From Magallana gigas (taxonomy: Eukaryota), in contig NC_088859.1 in NCBI RefSeq assembly GCF_963853765.1, positions 48,484,001 to 48,548,000 of the forward strand: 64,000 bases of DNA, written 5' to 3'. This document shows positions 13,601 to 25,500 of this stretch, piece after piece. The notes beneath the pieces were generated by a model. It ran no database searches and was not told the DNA's origin. It was given only the letters and a program-made list of their open reading frames with translations. Position 1 is the stretch's first letter; every line of letters starts with the position of its first letter. The translations under genes were made by a program, and so were the position numbers.

Positions 13601-16600
13601 GAAATAGAAGGCGTAATTCCTTCTGATTCAAAATATTTTTACATCAATTAGATTAAAGACCTGTTAACGAACTGGCAAATTGTTTTGATAAAATGGGATG
13701 AATTATGTGAAAAACATAAGAATTATACAAAACTAATGATAACAAATAACCACAAATGTCATGAAATGTGTATGTCATATTGTACTATTTGTTTTCCCTA
13801 CATGTATATTTGTAGTTTACCTGGTGTAATATGAACAAGATTATAGATATTTGTAAAAGAGTTACTTCTCTTGTCTCCATATTGCTCTTTTAATTAAAAG
13901 AGATGAGTTGTTTCTTAGAATATATTCTTTTTCAAAATTGAATATTTAGTTTATATAGTACTTTTATTTCAAGCATTAAATGAACTCAATTATCATGTAA
14001 ATTTAAACAGCTTGTATACCAGAAAGCCAACATTAGAAGAGTATATTTAGTGCTCTAGGTTTTCACCCTATAATTTAGTTCTACATTTAGTACATATATT
14101 TGTTAGATCTTAATGAAAAATGATTTGATAATTAAGCTTTAACAAGGTTTAGGTGAGTTAATTAAACCACAAAGATTTAGAAGTTTGTGTTAGTAATCTT
14201 GACTGCTACTCAGATCTCAGGCATCGACTTCAAGTAAATTTTGATTCTGGTACATAATTCCTTTACTGGTTACCAGATACCAGATACTAGCAAAAGGCTT
14301 TGTTTCATCAGTCGAAGTGTTTGTACCGAAGACAAATGTAGTCATTGCAAGTCATCCAGTGTATGACATCAGTTCTTATAGGAATATATTAAACTGTCTG
14401 TAATTATAGGGTGAAAGCCTAGTAAGTTGTTAGAACCCAATGTGCAAACCTACTGTTTATTATATAAACAATACAATATTTCAAACCAATTATTTTGAAA
14501 GTCCCTCTGAGAGTACCATTACATGTTAAGGTTAGAACCTGCTCTCTATTGTGGATGTTCTCTCTGTTGTAGAGAATTCCTATGACAGTTAACAGCCAGG
14601 AGCAGAAGCGACTCCTGATGGATCTAGACGTGAACATGAGGAGTGGATCCTGTCCGTATACCGTCACTTTTTATGGTGCCCTGTTCAGAGAGGTAAACCT
14701 TTGGCTTTTGTAACATAAACTATAATCTTTCAGATTTTTTTTCCATCATGGTTGGTGTCACCAAGTATATTCTGCTATAAATGGAGTGTGTTGTGCCTAA
14801 TTTATATTTAATTTGACAGGGGGATGTGTGGATTGTTATGGAAGTGATGGATGCTCCACTGGACAAATTCTACAAGAAGATTTATGAGAATAAGGACCGT
14901 ATTCCAGAGGATGTTCTCAGCATTGTTGCTTTCTCTGTAAGTGTACCCTTGCACTCATTTCACTGCTGTGTCCAAACAACATACAAGAAAGCTAAAATGG
15001 TTTTAGAATCCAGGGCTCTGTCTTGTTATCTCCTCTGGCTTTAGTCATGTTATATGTAAATGCATAGGTATTCTAATTGTAATTGTTTGCAATTCCAATT
15101 GCAAGCTACCGATATGTAAGGTACTTTATAATACAGTGTCTCAGAAGCATAGGTAGGTTGTTGAACCCTATATTGTACAGGAGTTGGAGCTGGGATTCCA
15201 TGCTGTAGATATCCCCTGTGAAAAGTCTTTGTCCACAAGATTACAACTCATGGCCTGTGATATGGACATTAACCCTGAGTCTGACCTTGACCCGGTGACA
15301 GAGCCTTCACAGCTTCTGTAGATCACATTACTGATAGAACTGGTGTACCTTGTTTATCACGTGCTATGTCTTTATCATCTATGCAGGGGTTCCTCAAGCC
15401 ACTTGGACAATCCCTTTTGTTGATAATTTTGGATTTCCTGTGACCTAATTTAAATTTATCTCCAAGAGATAAATAAAATCTACCGGATATTGATATCTCT
15501 AGGAAGTCATTGTGCTTAATCAAGTTCAATTGGTACAAGATGCCCATCAATAAAAAATCATTGACATTATAATTTCCTAAAGAAACAATTCATCCTCTTT
15601 GTAACGATTCTTGTTTGTTTTTACCTGAACAGGTAGTGAAGGCACTGCATTACCTACAGTCTGAGCTAAAGGTCATCCACAGGGATGTGAAGCCCTCCAA
15701 TATATTGATCAACGAGAAGGGCCAGGTGAAGATCTGTGACTTTGGAATCAGTGGTTACTTGGTGGACTCTGTGGCCAAAACAATAGATGCTGGCTGCAAA
15801 CCGTACATGGCAGTAAGTCTCTCTATCTGTCAGTCAGTCATTTCATATGAAATGCAAACCGTACACAGCAGTATGCATTTTAAGATCAAGTTAAAACCAC
15901 AGATTTACACCATTTTTGCAAAATTTGTATTGCAAAACTTACAAAAAATAAAATTGTATTTTATTGTATTATTTAGGGTTTTTTTTTATATGCTAGGAAA
16001 ATTCATAACATCATATAAATTCACAAGTAATAAATATGGTAAAACTAGCTATAATATATAAATACATGTTATTTACATATACCAGTAAATATTAAATGTA
16101 TTTTGTGTACATTTTTGCAGCCAGAGAGAATTAATCCAGAGTCTGGACAAAAAGGCTATGATATCCGGTCTGATGTGTGGAGTCTGGGAATCACCATGGT
16201 AACTATTTATTATTAAATAATAAAACTTAATGCATGCAATAAACAACATGGGTACACTTATAATCTGTCTGTATAGAAACAAGGATAGTTACCCCAGATG
16301 TTAAAGTCTAACTTAAAGAAAATACAATATCAATAGATTGTGTTTCAAAGTTACACTTTTTTTTTTTTAAGATTGAGTTGGCCACTGGTCAGTTCCCGTA
16401 CCCGACTTGGAAGACCCCTTTTGAGCAGCTGAAGCAGGTGGTACAGGACCCCCCTCCCACCCTACCCAAAGAGGAATTTTCTGCTGAGTTTGAAGACTTC
16501 ATCACCAAATGGTAACAATGAATTTGTTTTAAGGTGGTATGGGATGTCTTGTTATCAACAGAGATAAAAGTACACTACATCTTATTCAAAATATAATCAT

Positions 16601-17177
16601 CAATTTAAAATTTTCAAATCATATAGTATTTGATTATAAAATTCATTTAAATTATGATGATTACTGGGTATTCCTTGTGAAAGAAAAAAATAAAGTTACA
16701 GTTCAATTTATTTCATTTTTTGTTGAAAGAAAGTATATCACAATATTTTGGTGTCCCATTACTCCTTCATACAATGCTTGTCACAGAGAATATTTAGATG
16801 TAGTTCTTAACAATCAAAGATTTTTAGTTCTATTATGGAGGACTACATGTATTTGAATAACTTGGTACATGTACCTGTTGAAAATCAATTTCATTCAAAT
16901 GAAAAATTGTAATATAATTTTGTCTGTCAATTAATTTCATTTTGACTGTATGCCAACATGGTAATGTCAATAAACTGAATTAAATATATGAATAATTTTT
17001 TCCATTCTTTGTTGCAGCTTACAGAAAAGTGTAACAACACGTCCGAATTATGTGGAACTCCTCAAACATTCCTTCATCAAGAGGGGTGAGGAGAAGCAGG
17101 GTGAACTAGCGGACTATGTCAAATCTGTATTTGAGAAGTATGGCAACCCAAATGCTGAGTCTATAGAAAGGTCTTAA
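4735..17177 (+). CDS. MAP2K6: Dual-specificity MAP kinase kinase of the MKK3/6 (p38-activating) class, ~343 aa
   Basis: Exons 4735-4741 (ATGCCAG|gt), 11901-11970, 12992-13151, 14573-14692, 14820-14936, 15633-15812, 16121-16198, 16372-16511, 17018-17177 (TAA); phases are consistent, 1032 nt. Motifs: D-site [44 protein letters not shown], and the activation loop SVAKT typical of MKK3/6. The symbol denotes the MKK3/6 co-ortholog. Confidence 0.95.
6793..7570. mobile_element. Non-autonomous Helentron/MITE-like element carrying ~4.5 copies of a 160-165-bp satellite unit
   Basis: Unit start gatgaacata recurs at 6877, 7038, 7203 and, degenerate, at ~7365. The array is flanked by related agggagggc / agggaggggggc terminal motifs and ends in ttcacaaacatctcttgtt. 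It lies in MKK intron 1. Confidence 0.7.
8087..8222. other. Assembly gap (N run)
   Basis: Run of N in the sequence. Confidence 1.
8310..9082. repeat. Tandem duplication of a ~380-bp segment
   Basis: aataattttt..gaaagtgaaatat..gtcttgtgattcatt occurs at ~8312-8686 and again at ~8704-9082 with scattered substitutions. Confidence 0.85.
10883..10955 (+). CDS. MAP2K6: Alternative first coding exon of MKK3/6 ([25 protein letters not shown])
   Basis: AAAATGATGG start, open to AAAAG|gtaagc. Phase 1 matches the exon at 11901. Preceded by a kB-like GGGTAGTCCC (~10593), CCAAT (~10627) and TGACTCA (~10655). Confidence 0.75.
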
Positions 17178-18936
17178 TTAGGTTCCTGTAGTTAGTGTCA
17201 CCAATGACTGGTCAATGGTCTTTCTGTCGGAGGGCACCTGCCTCCCAGCATCCGACACTCTATCATGGCTCGTGGTCCTCTACACAAACCCATGAGGTGC
17301 TACATGCTTCACACTTATGAATCATGGGGGTCGTTTTATCCCAGTCATATACAGTCTCTGTCATAGATTGGACTCCTTAGATACTTCTGGAATCCTGCTG
17401 ACATCATTGGCAGATTGTATCTCCTCAATCAGTGATAGATATTTGAACCAATGTCTGTTTTGTTCAGACATCCAGATATTCCATATATTATGAGTCAATT
17501 ATATAAAATGAATAGTTTGCATTAATTTATTGAGATGTGTTATGATAGTGCAATGTTAAAAATTTTTAAATTGATTTCTCACAATTTATTATGCCTGTTT
17601 TTAATGCATGTGATTTATATATGCAGACTTTGTATTTTTAATAAGATATATGACTTTTAACTTTTATGTTTACATTGACTTGACATCCATAGCAATAACA
17701 CTGTTGTCTTGCTGTGCTTGATTACAAACGGAAATGTGTATTGTCAAAACAAAAACAAACAAAAAAGATATGGAATGAAATTGATGTGTTGATTGTATTT
17801 AATAAGATATTGTTAATCATAGTGTGCTCAAGTAAAAAAGGGTCCTCTAAACGAACAATGTCCTTGGACTGTTCCAACTATGGACGCTATTTATTACAAT
17901 GTAACTGCTGTTATATACTTAAAAGCTTGCTGGTAGTTCAGTAGTCATATTATCTAAGTCTACTATTTCATGATCATTGTCAACTTGTTACTGACAGATT
18001 TGTAACACCCCCCCCCCCCCTTAGAAATATATGTAGCTCCTGTAATCTCCACATGTAGTGAACTATTGTATACAGGTAATTGAAAAAATAAAGGGTCATG
18101 ACCTCTCACTCACGTAACTGGGCTTGTCTCACAAGGTCATGGTTTTTGATATAGTCTTTGTTTTTAGTCCGATTTTTGTTGCCAAATCTAGAGGTGAACA
18201 AATGAGCGTGTTGATGACCAAAGTGTACGAAAAAAAAATACCAAAAATAGTGCGGCCATGATATCATCATTCACTGTGTGTTTAGTATTGTTTTGTAAAT
18301 AAACCTCTTACTAGTAGAGTGTAGTTGCTGTAATGTGTAAATAGGAATTATCTAGTTATTGCACATATATGTACATGAGAAATTCTTAGATTAATATATA
18401 TTTATATATGCTGTTGGTGTGTGATGTACTACTGTGCGAGTGTGTGCGAGAGTTTTGAATATATGCAAATGCAGATTGTTCCCTAGACTTTTCTCTGAAG
18501 CTCAGGTTAACTTAAAGATGAGCAAATATGTTACCATATATACCACTGTTTGTTACCATCATCATGTTGATCATGTATAATGATTATTGACTGTGTTGAA
18601 ATGATGAAATTAAAGGCAAAGAAAACGCTTACAGAGTTGTGTTGGTTTTTCTGAGACGTGGGGGACATTAAGGTAGGATGGAGTGCCCCGGCAGACCTTG
18701 GGATAAAGGCATTGCTTTAATGCAGCCACAGAACAGGGTTTAAACAAACATGGGTTTATGCCTTATACACAATGTGTTTAAATATGTTAGAATATTAGTG
18801 TTTCAGTATTGTCAGCCATACTCTCTTAAAAATCAATTATGCTATGAAAAATATCCAATTACTTCAGGTGCAAAAGAATGAATTAGTAAAAAATGTAAAT
18901 CAGAAAACTAAGTACAGCAAATTTAATCATTTCTTT

Positions 18937-21900
18937 TCAAAAAAATTTCAGCACATTCACAGCTCCAGCTTTACCAATAACCATGGAAAGTTCCTGCAAT
19001 GAAAAAAAAAATTAAAGCATGTAATATGATACAGAATGTTTTATCAAAATCCGTTGTTATGAGATTGAAGGTGCTCCGATCTTCAGCTCAAAGTATTATT
19101 TTATTCAAAAGATGTTATTTGTTCTTCATAGATTATAGATAAATTAAGGAATTTAACTATGGTTATTGCAAGTTATTGCACGTTTTTCTTGCTGAGCTGT
19201 TCATTAACATTACTGTTATTGTGAGCAAGAAATTCCTTTAAACATCAGTACCATGCAAGCTTTATTTAACATACATGTATTCCTTAAAATTGATAAATGA
19301 AGTTTTTACATGTACATGTATATAAATTTTGATTTTGTAATGATTACCTGGTTTGAAGCTCTGCAAATATTCTCAATGCCTGCAATACAACAGAGAGAAA
19401 CACGCTCAGAAAATAGCTAAAGTTGCAATACATAACGGACTAGTTATGAAAATATCAGAATTGATTTGAATAAGGAGTAATAGTACAACATACCACATTA
19501 GAAAGTCTGTCTAGACCAATGCCAATATTTTGGGGATTTATTTATTTGTTGTTATTGTTTGCATTTCAATATAAACTACATTTGACATTTTTGACATACT
19601 ATATAATAACAAGAGGCCCATGGGCCATATCACTCACCTGAGCAACAAAAGCCATAATAAAATCAGCTTTATGGAGTCATATTTATAACATCTGGGCAAT
19701 GTTGTAGAATATATCCTGTATCTATGATTTTCAAATTTTTCTTCATATATTCTTATGTTAAGCATTAAACCCATTTTTCAACAGGATGATATATTAGCCA
19801 AATCAAATATTAAACATCCATTGTGGCGCCACCCTACACCCAGGGATCATGATTATAAGAAAACTAGAATCTACACTAACTGAGGATGCTTGCACACAAG
19901 TGACAGCTTTTCTGGCAAATTGGTTTTTGAGAAAAAGATTTTTAAAGATTTTTCTCTATATATTACTTTGTAAAAATTTGACCCCCATTGTGGCCCCACC
20001 CTACCCCTGGGGATCATGATTTCAACAAACATGAATCTTCCTTATCTGAGGATGCTTCCACAAAAGTTAAAGCTTTTCTGGTCAATTGGTTTTTGAAAAG
20101 ATTTTTCTCTATATATTCTTATGTAAAAATACATCCTCCATAGTACCCACACTCCACCCCTCTGGAATAATTACTTGAACAAACATGTACATTACCTGAG
20201 GATGCATCTAAATAAATTCCAGCCTTTCTTGCCAAATGGTTTTTGAGAGATTTTTTTAAAATACCAATAGATTTTCAATAAATCTTATCTATCATGTTTA
20301 TATCTCTTTGAATGAGGGTGTGCACCTTTAATTTAACAATCTTGAATCCCCTACACCCAATACTGTAAACCAACTTTGCCTCAATGCAAAAGTAAGTCAT
20401 CACAAATAAAAGTTGGTTTACAGTAATGCTTTAAGCCAAGTTTGGTTGAATTTGGTCAAGTTGTTCTGAAGAAGCAGTCAAAAATGTAAAAAGTTTATAG
20501 TCGGATAGATAGACCGATGCCAGACAAAAATGGATCAGGAAAGCTCACGCGCTTTCAGCTCAGGTGAGCTAAAAATGATATAATTTTGTCAAAATCCATC
20601 ATGGTAAAATAAAAATGATTTTTCCATCAGAATTTCTTTCAAATAAATAAAAAACATCATGTTAATGATGTTATACATGCATTCATGAGATTGGCAAGAT
20701 TTCCATCACAAGAGAGTGCAGAATGGTCCGTAGGATTCAATGCGATAAGGACAAGAATCATCTTGAAACTGAGAAAATTTGACCATGGTCAGTATTAATG
20801 GTATATTTGCAGACTCGCTTTGGGAGACCGAGTCCAAATACAAATATAAAAAACATTTTTTGTGGACTCTCAAGAAAGTCAGCTTAGCTATCTTTGATTC
20901 CTTAAATTCTACTGGTACATGTACCTTTACCATGGATTTATAACCTATGTATACTGTATATGATTTTCATACTTCCAAAGTGTTCCAGCAAAGTTCGAGC
21001 TTTCACACCCCCAAGCCCTGGAATAGACCTTATGGTGGTTAACAATGCTTCATCAACACGATAGGTTCTCTTCTTTAAAAAGGGGTTGGCATTCATGTGA
21101 CTTTCACTTACAACCTGTGAAGAGCAAGTCTATTCATTTTTTAACTGTGCTTATATGCAAGTTATGGTATTTTACTTTTTCTAAGATTAAGATAATCTCA
21201 AAAAGTAATTTTCAGAATTGAAAAACGACTAGGAGTGAGGGACTAAGTACCATTTGTGCCAGTAGTGAGGCTGCCTCGTTTTGACCAGGGACAGGTATAA
21301 TGTTAAAGCCCAGATCCATGATACAGAACTTCTGAACCTCAGGGTAGTACTGGCTACTGGTTGGTGTCTTCTCCGCCAGCACAATGGCCTGAACTCTGTT
21401 TGCCTACAATTCAAGTTGAAATACTCTAGCACTTTAGTGCTGCTTTTCTAATCAATCTTGTTTATATAATCAATCAGCTAAAGACAGAAAGAGAGCTGAA
21501 TTTCAGTATTTGATGTATTGTAATGTACTTTTCTCTGTTTAAAATAACTTTGGTGATTTCTTAATTTTATACTTCTGTAATTTTATGAAATACGGAACAA
21601 TATTTCTTTTCCTTATCTATGATGTGTAAATATAAAAACACTGAATACATTTCTACATCTGCATGATCACCATGCAGCTTCTTAGTACCTTTCTGAGTTT
21701 AGCAAGTTTTTTCTTTTGACCTGAGAATGAAACTAGCTCTGGCTCTCTTATGAAGATGACACCAATCTTACTGGACGGGAAAAAGTCAACAACTCCAAGG
21801 TTCTCCTCAAACAGCACTTGAACATTACCTACAAACAAGTTTAAATATTACCAGAGACATAAATAACATGTTATTTATGTCTCTGATATTACACTAACAG

Positions 21901-22188
21901 TCAGGATTGATCAATCCACATTCATTATATTGTTGTATGGTCAGATTCTATGTCATAATGATTATGTTGACTGACTAATTCAATTATTTCATACATTTTT
22001 TAAAAGTATTCACCAAAAATAAATTCAATTTGATATACCTTCATTTACTTACTTTGTAAAGTGTGATGTAGTTCTGAATTTTTCCACCTCTGGGCTGCAA
22101 TGATGTGTCCAATGGGTACATTTATGTTCCGTGTTTTATCAACAAGAGAGGATAAATCTAATTCATCATCGTGATCTATACATTCCAT
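18937..22188 (-). CDS. FAAP24: Fanconi anemia core complex-associated protein 24, 219 aa
   Basis: Exons 22188-22053, 21828-21689, 21403-21251, 21114-20973, 19379-19348, 18993-18937 (TGA), 660 nt, phases consistent. Motifs NVPIGHIIAAQRWKNSEL, VLFEENLGVVDF, AIVLAEKTPTSSQYYPEVQKFCIMDLG, and the HhH tandem SIPGLGGVKARTLLEHFGSIENICRAS..ELSMVIGK align along the full length of FAAP24 as I know it. Confidence 0.9.
19608..20575. mobile_element. Non-autonomous Helentron-like (HINE/DINE-type) element with an internal ~167-bp satellite
   Basis: Subterminal inverted repeat CTCACCTGAGC (19633-19643) / GCTCAGGTGAG (20558-20568); starts AACAAGAGG and ends CTAAAAA. Internal unit attgtggc.. at 19820, 19987 and ~20140. 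Lies in FAAP24 intron 4. The family assignment comes from recalled oyster Cg170/HindIII-carrying Helentrons. Confidence 0.75.
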
Positions 22189-22549
22189 TCTAATGAAACG
22201 ATTTCGACTGCCTTTTACATTCCTGCCAAAATTTGCTTTTTGTTTACAAAATTCTTTTCCCTTTTCAAAGATTACCGCGAAATTGATTTAGAATAAATTG
22301 ATCACCGAACCCAATTAGAAATATGAAAAAGCATATGGTCTCAAAACTTATGAGGTATTTACCATAGCAATTAAATTCATCAAAAAAAGAAATATAAAAT
22401 TTATTTCACTAAATTCTTCTTTGTCTAATTTACAATGCTTATAATTTATTTTTATAAAGTCGGGTTTGAAGTTTAGTTGAAAAATAAAATATAAAATGGG
22501 CGGAATTGTTTCAGCAGTCGAAAAATGATGTTTAACACATTTTGACATT
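22189..22549. promoter_or_regulatory. Compact bidirectional promoter shared by FAAP24 and the FYVE-ARM gene
   Basis: Only 361 bp separate the divergent ATGs. An E2F-like CCGCGAAA (TTTCGCGG on minus) is at 22275-22282 and a GGGCGGAA at ~22498. Confidence 0.65.
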
Positions 22550-25500
22550 ATGACATCAGTTAAGCTTGAGGGAAAATTCACCACCCTTGCACAGGTTGAA
22601 GGACTGCCAGATGTTTTCACATCGACAAATTTTACTCTCCTGAAATCAAGGTATACGACGTACATAGTTTATGAAATTACTTTCACTTTCTCTTTCACCC
22701 TTTTACTAATCATCATTATGAATTAACTTCCAGGTGGGTCTCCGATGATGAAGTGTCAGTTTGTCAGTGGTGTAAAAATAAATTCAATCAACTCAGAAGG
22801 AAACATCACTGCAGACAGTGTGGTAATGTGTTCTGTAGCAAGTGCTGCAATGAAAAGGTAAGTTTTCTGTAAGAATTGTAAAGAATTAGTAAAAAGTGCA
22901 ATATGCTTTAACTCTTGTTATGTACCGAGTAATGTAATATTAATTAAGTTGCATGCAGCATGTGTCACAAAGCAGAATTTTAAAAATGTATATTGCATAC
23001 CTATATGTACTATAAAAATATATTGATTGTTTGTTGCAGATGCCCCTTCCACAGCTTGGTTTAGAGGACCCAGAGAGGGTGTGTGAATATTGTCGTCCAG
23101 TAACAGAGTTCATTACAAAATCATGGTCCCCTCATCAGGTACGTTTACAGGTACCGTACCTCTGGATGATCAGTAATTTACAGTTAATCGATATACCAAA
23201 AATTTAAACATCATATTGTAGAATATTACTATTTCTGAATATACCGGTAACTTGCCAGTTATAAATTAATCTTTGCAGAATTTCAAATCAGAGGCTGCAG
23301 TCAATCTTGTGAATCAGTGTGGAGAAATCTCAGGACTCTGCAAGGTATGCTAACATAGATGCTTAAGCTATATCAATCTTGAAAAAATCAGAATACTGCT
23401 TAGATTGATCAGGATTTTTTACAAGGTGATATGTTTTAGGTTGTTGAGCTTGGTGGAGTTCAAACATTGATATCTCTGGCAAAGAATGAGAGCCCTGTGA
23501 TTCAGGTAATTAATGGATTACAGTGCAAAACACTGTGTCAGTATGATTTATGTTAGAACCGGGTAATACACAATTGTATACAAGTACTTGTTTACGTCTT
23601 TATTAAATTGTGAATTTTAAGACTCGAAATGCATGATAACAATTCTAGAACACTCAGTATTTACTGTGTTTTGTAAAGATGTACTAATAATGCCCATACT
23701 GTATCAACAATTTTGTATCATTAGCAATGTTGCTTGTACCGTAATTGTTCTAGGGTAAGGTGATTTCTGGCCTGCAGATTCTGTCCACACATCAACCGCT
23801 GCACCGCTACCTGGCAGAGGCAGGCGCCATCAAGGCCATCTGTAGGTGAGACCGCCACTAGTCATCTAGTAACAGGCCCTGTCAGAATTATTCAGTTTAA
23901 TTTAGGGTAGGCAGGGCTAACAATGTCATTATCATCAGTGGTTACAACTAGGGTTGTGGTAGCAATATGAATTCAAAGTTCATTTGAAATTACAAGGAGT
24001 ATGATTAAAAAAAGGCTAATAAAAATTTAGGTTTCTATCAGGTTTCAAATTTAGTGTTCAATTTAAACACCGAATTACCGGTAGTGATTTAGAAAAACTT
24101 ATTCAGCAACCTAATTAATTAAGATAATATGAAGAAAAAAGTTTAATACCGGTAAATCATTAAGGTCAGACGACACGTTCCTCGAGAATCTTTTTTGGAT
24201 CTCCTCGTAATAAAGAGTTCCAATAAAAAATATTAATTTTATGATTATTTTAAAAATGATTAAAATCTAATTGGATGTGGTTATGTGTCTAGATGGCCGA
24301 ATGGTTAGAACCGTGGCCGCTCACTGCCAGAAGCATACTATAGGTTCTAGAGGTCGTGAGTTCAAAGCCCCGCCCCGGCCGAGATAGAGTACCAATATAG
24401 TGAATTTTACTGTGCTGTATATGTATTTATTTTTATATCAGCAATTCAAGTGTATTTTCAAGAAGATTATATAGGAAATTGCATACTCTAGTATTTTGCA
24501 GAAATGCCTGGTAAGGTACCGTAATTTTTTGCAAGAAAGCTTGTCAAAATAGTAGTAAACCATCAACAAATTCCTGGAAAAAGTTATATAAAATTGAGGA
24601 ATGTGTCGTCTGACCTTATATGATAAAAATATTGAAATATCAAATTGAAGAGGTCTGACAGAGTAAATTTTTAGTCCTGCATTGCAGCATCTTGACCAAG
24701 GCAAATATGTCCTATGAACAAACACTGGTGGAAGGCATAAGCACTTTGAAAATATTTTGTCGACTCCCAGAATTAAAGAGTAAAGGTATAATAAATGTAA
24801 CTTCTCTGATTTTTGTTATAAAAAAGTAATCATCGAATCTCTATTAATATTTTGATCTTGAAAAGCTTTCTCATCTTTGCAATAAACAACTTTTGTTGAA
24901 TTATACATTGATGCTCCCTTAGATAAACATGAATAATCTTTACAAGACTTTAACATTCCCTGATTTGTAATCAGTTATTCTGCTTCCTGTGTAGCTTTGG
25001 AGGATGGTGCTCTCGAACCTGTTTTGCGGTTGAGCTGTACATCCCATTGTAATGCAGTGTCTCTCGTAGCAGTGAGTACGCTCAGCCTGATTGCCGAGGA
25101 GATGAGTACTCACACCAAGATCCTAGAGAGTCCACTCAGTGTCCTAACCTCGGTCTGCTCACTGGCAAGCTCAGAGGACGAGCAGGTAAAGGGCAATGCA
25201 GACTGTATACTATTGAAGTTATAACATTCGATGTTAGATGTTTTGTTATACCTTTGTGCATACAGAATGGTTCATTAAAGTTTTCTGTTTTTTCCAGCGA
25301 TTACAGACTAGTGTTAAATAAAGGTGATGTGTTGTGTTGTAAATGTAGTGGTTCTATCTTTTTTTAGATCTTTTGGTTTTGTTTCAACTTCGTTTTGCTT
25401 TATTCTTGGTTTTAATTTTATCTGCCTTTTTCTAATATTTCATTCTGAATGTTAATGAACACCTCTAACTGATTTCTGTTTTTATACACCTGTATTTCTC

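Noticed and set aside
17177-18937. Antisense 3' overlap between MKK3/6 and FAAP24
   Set aside because: Candidate poly(A) signals (plus 18087, 18298, 18609; minus 18721, 18927) do not cross, so overlap is not supported.
20706-20933. 75-aa ORF as the FAAP24 terminal exon
   Set aside because: It has no HhH similarity. The true last exons are 19379-19348 and 18993-18937.
22348-22665. 105-aa minus-strand ORF as a FAAP24 first exon
   Set aside because: It is the antisense of FYVE-ARM exon 1. The FAAP24 N-terminus is better explained by 22188-22053.
24290-24385. Possible tRNA gene
   Set aside because: It has A/B-box-like motifs but no cloverleaf, and it is embedded in a TIR-bounded MITE present twice.
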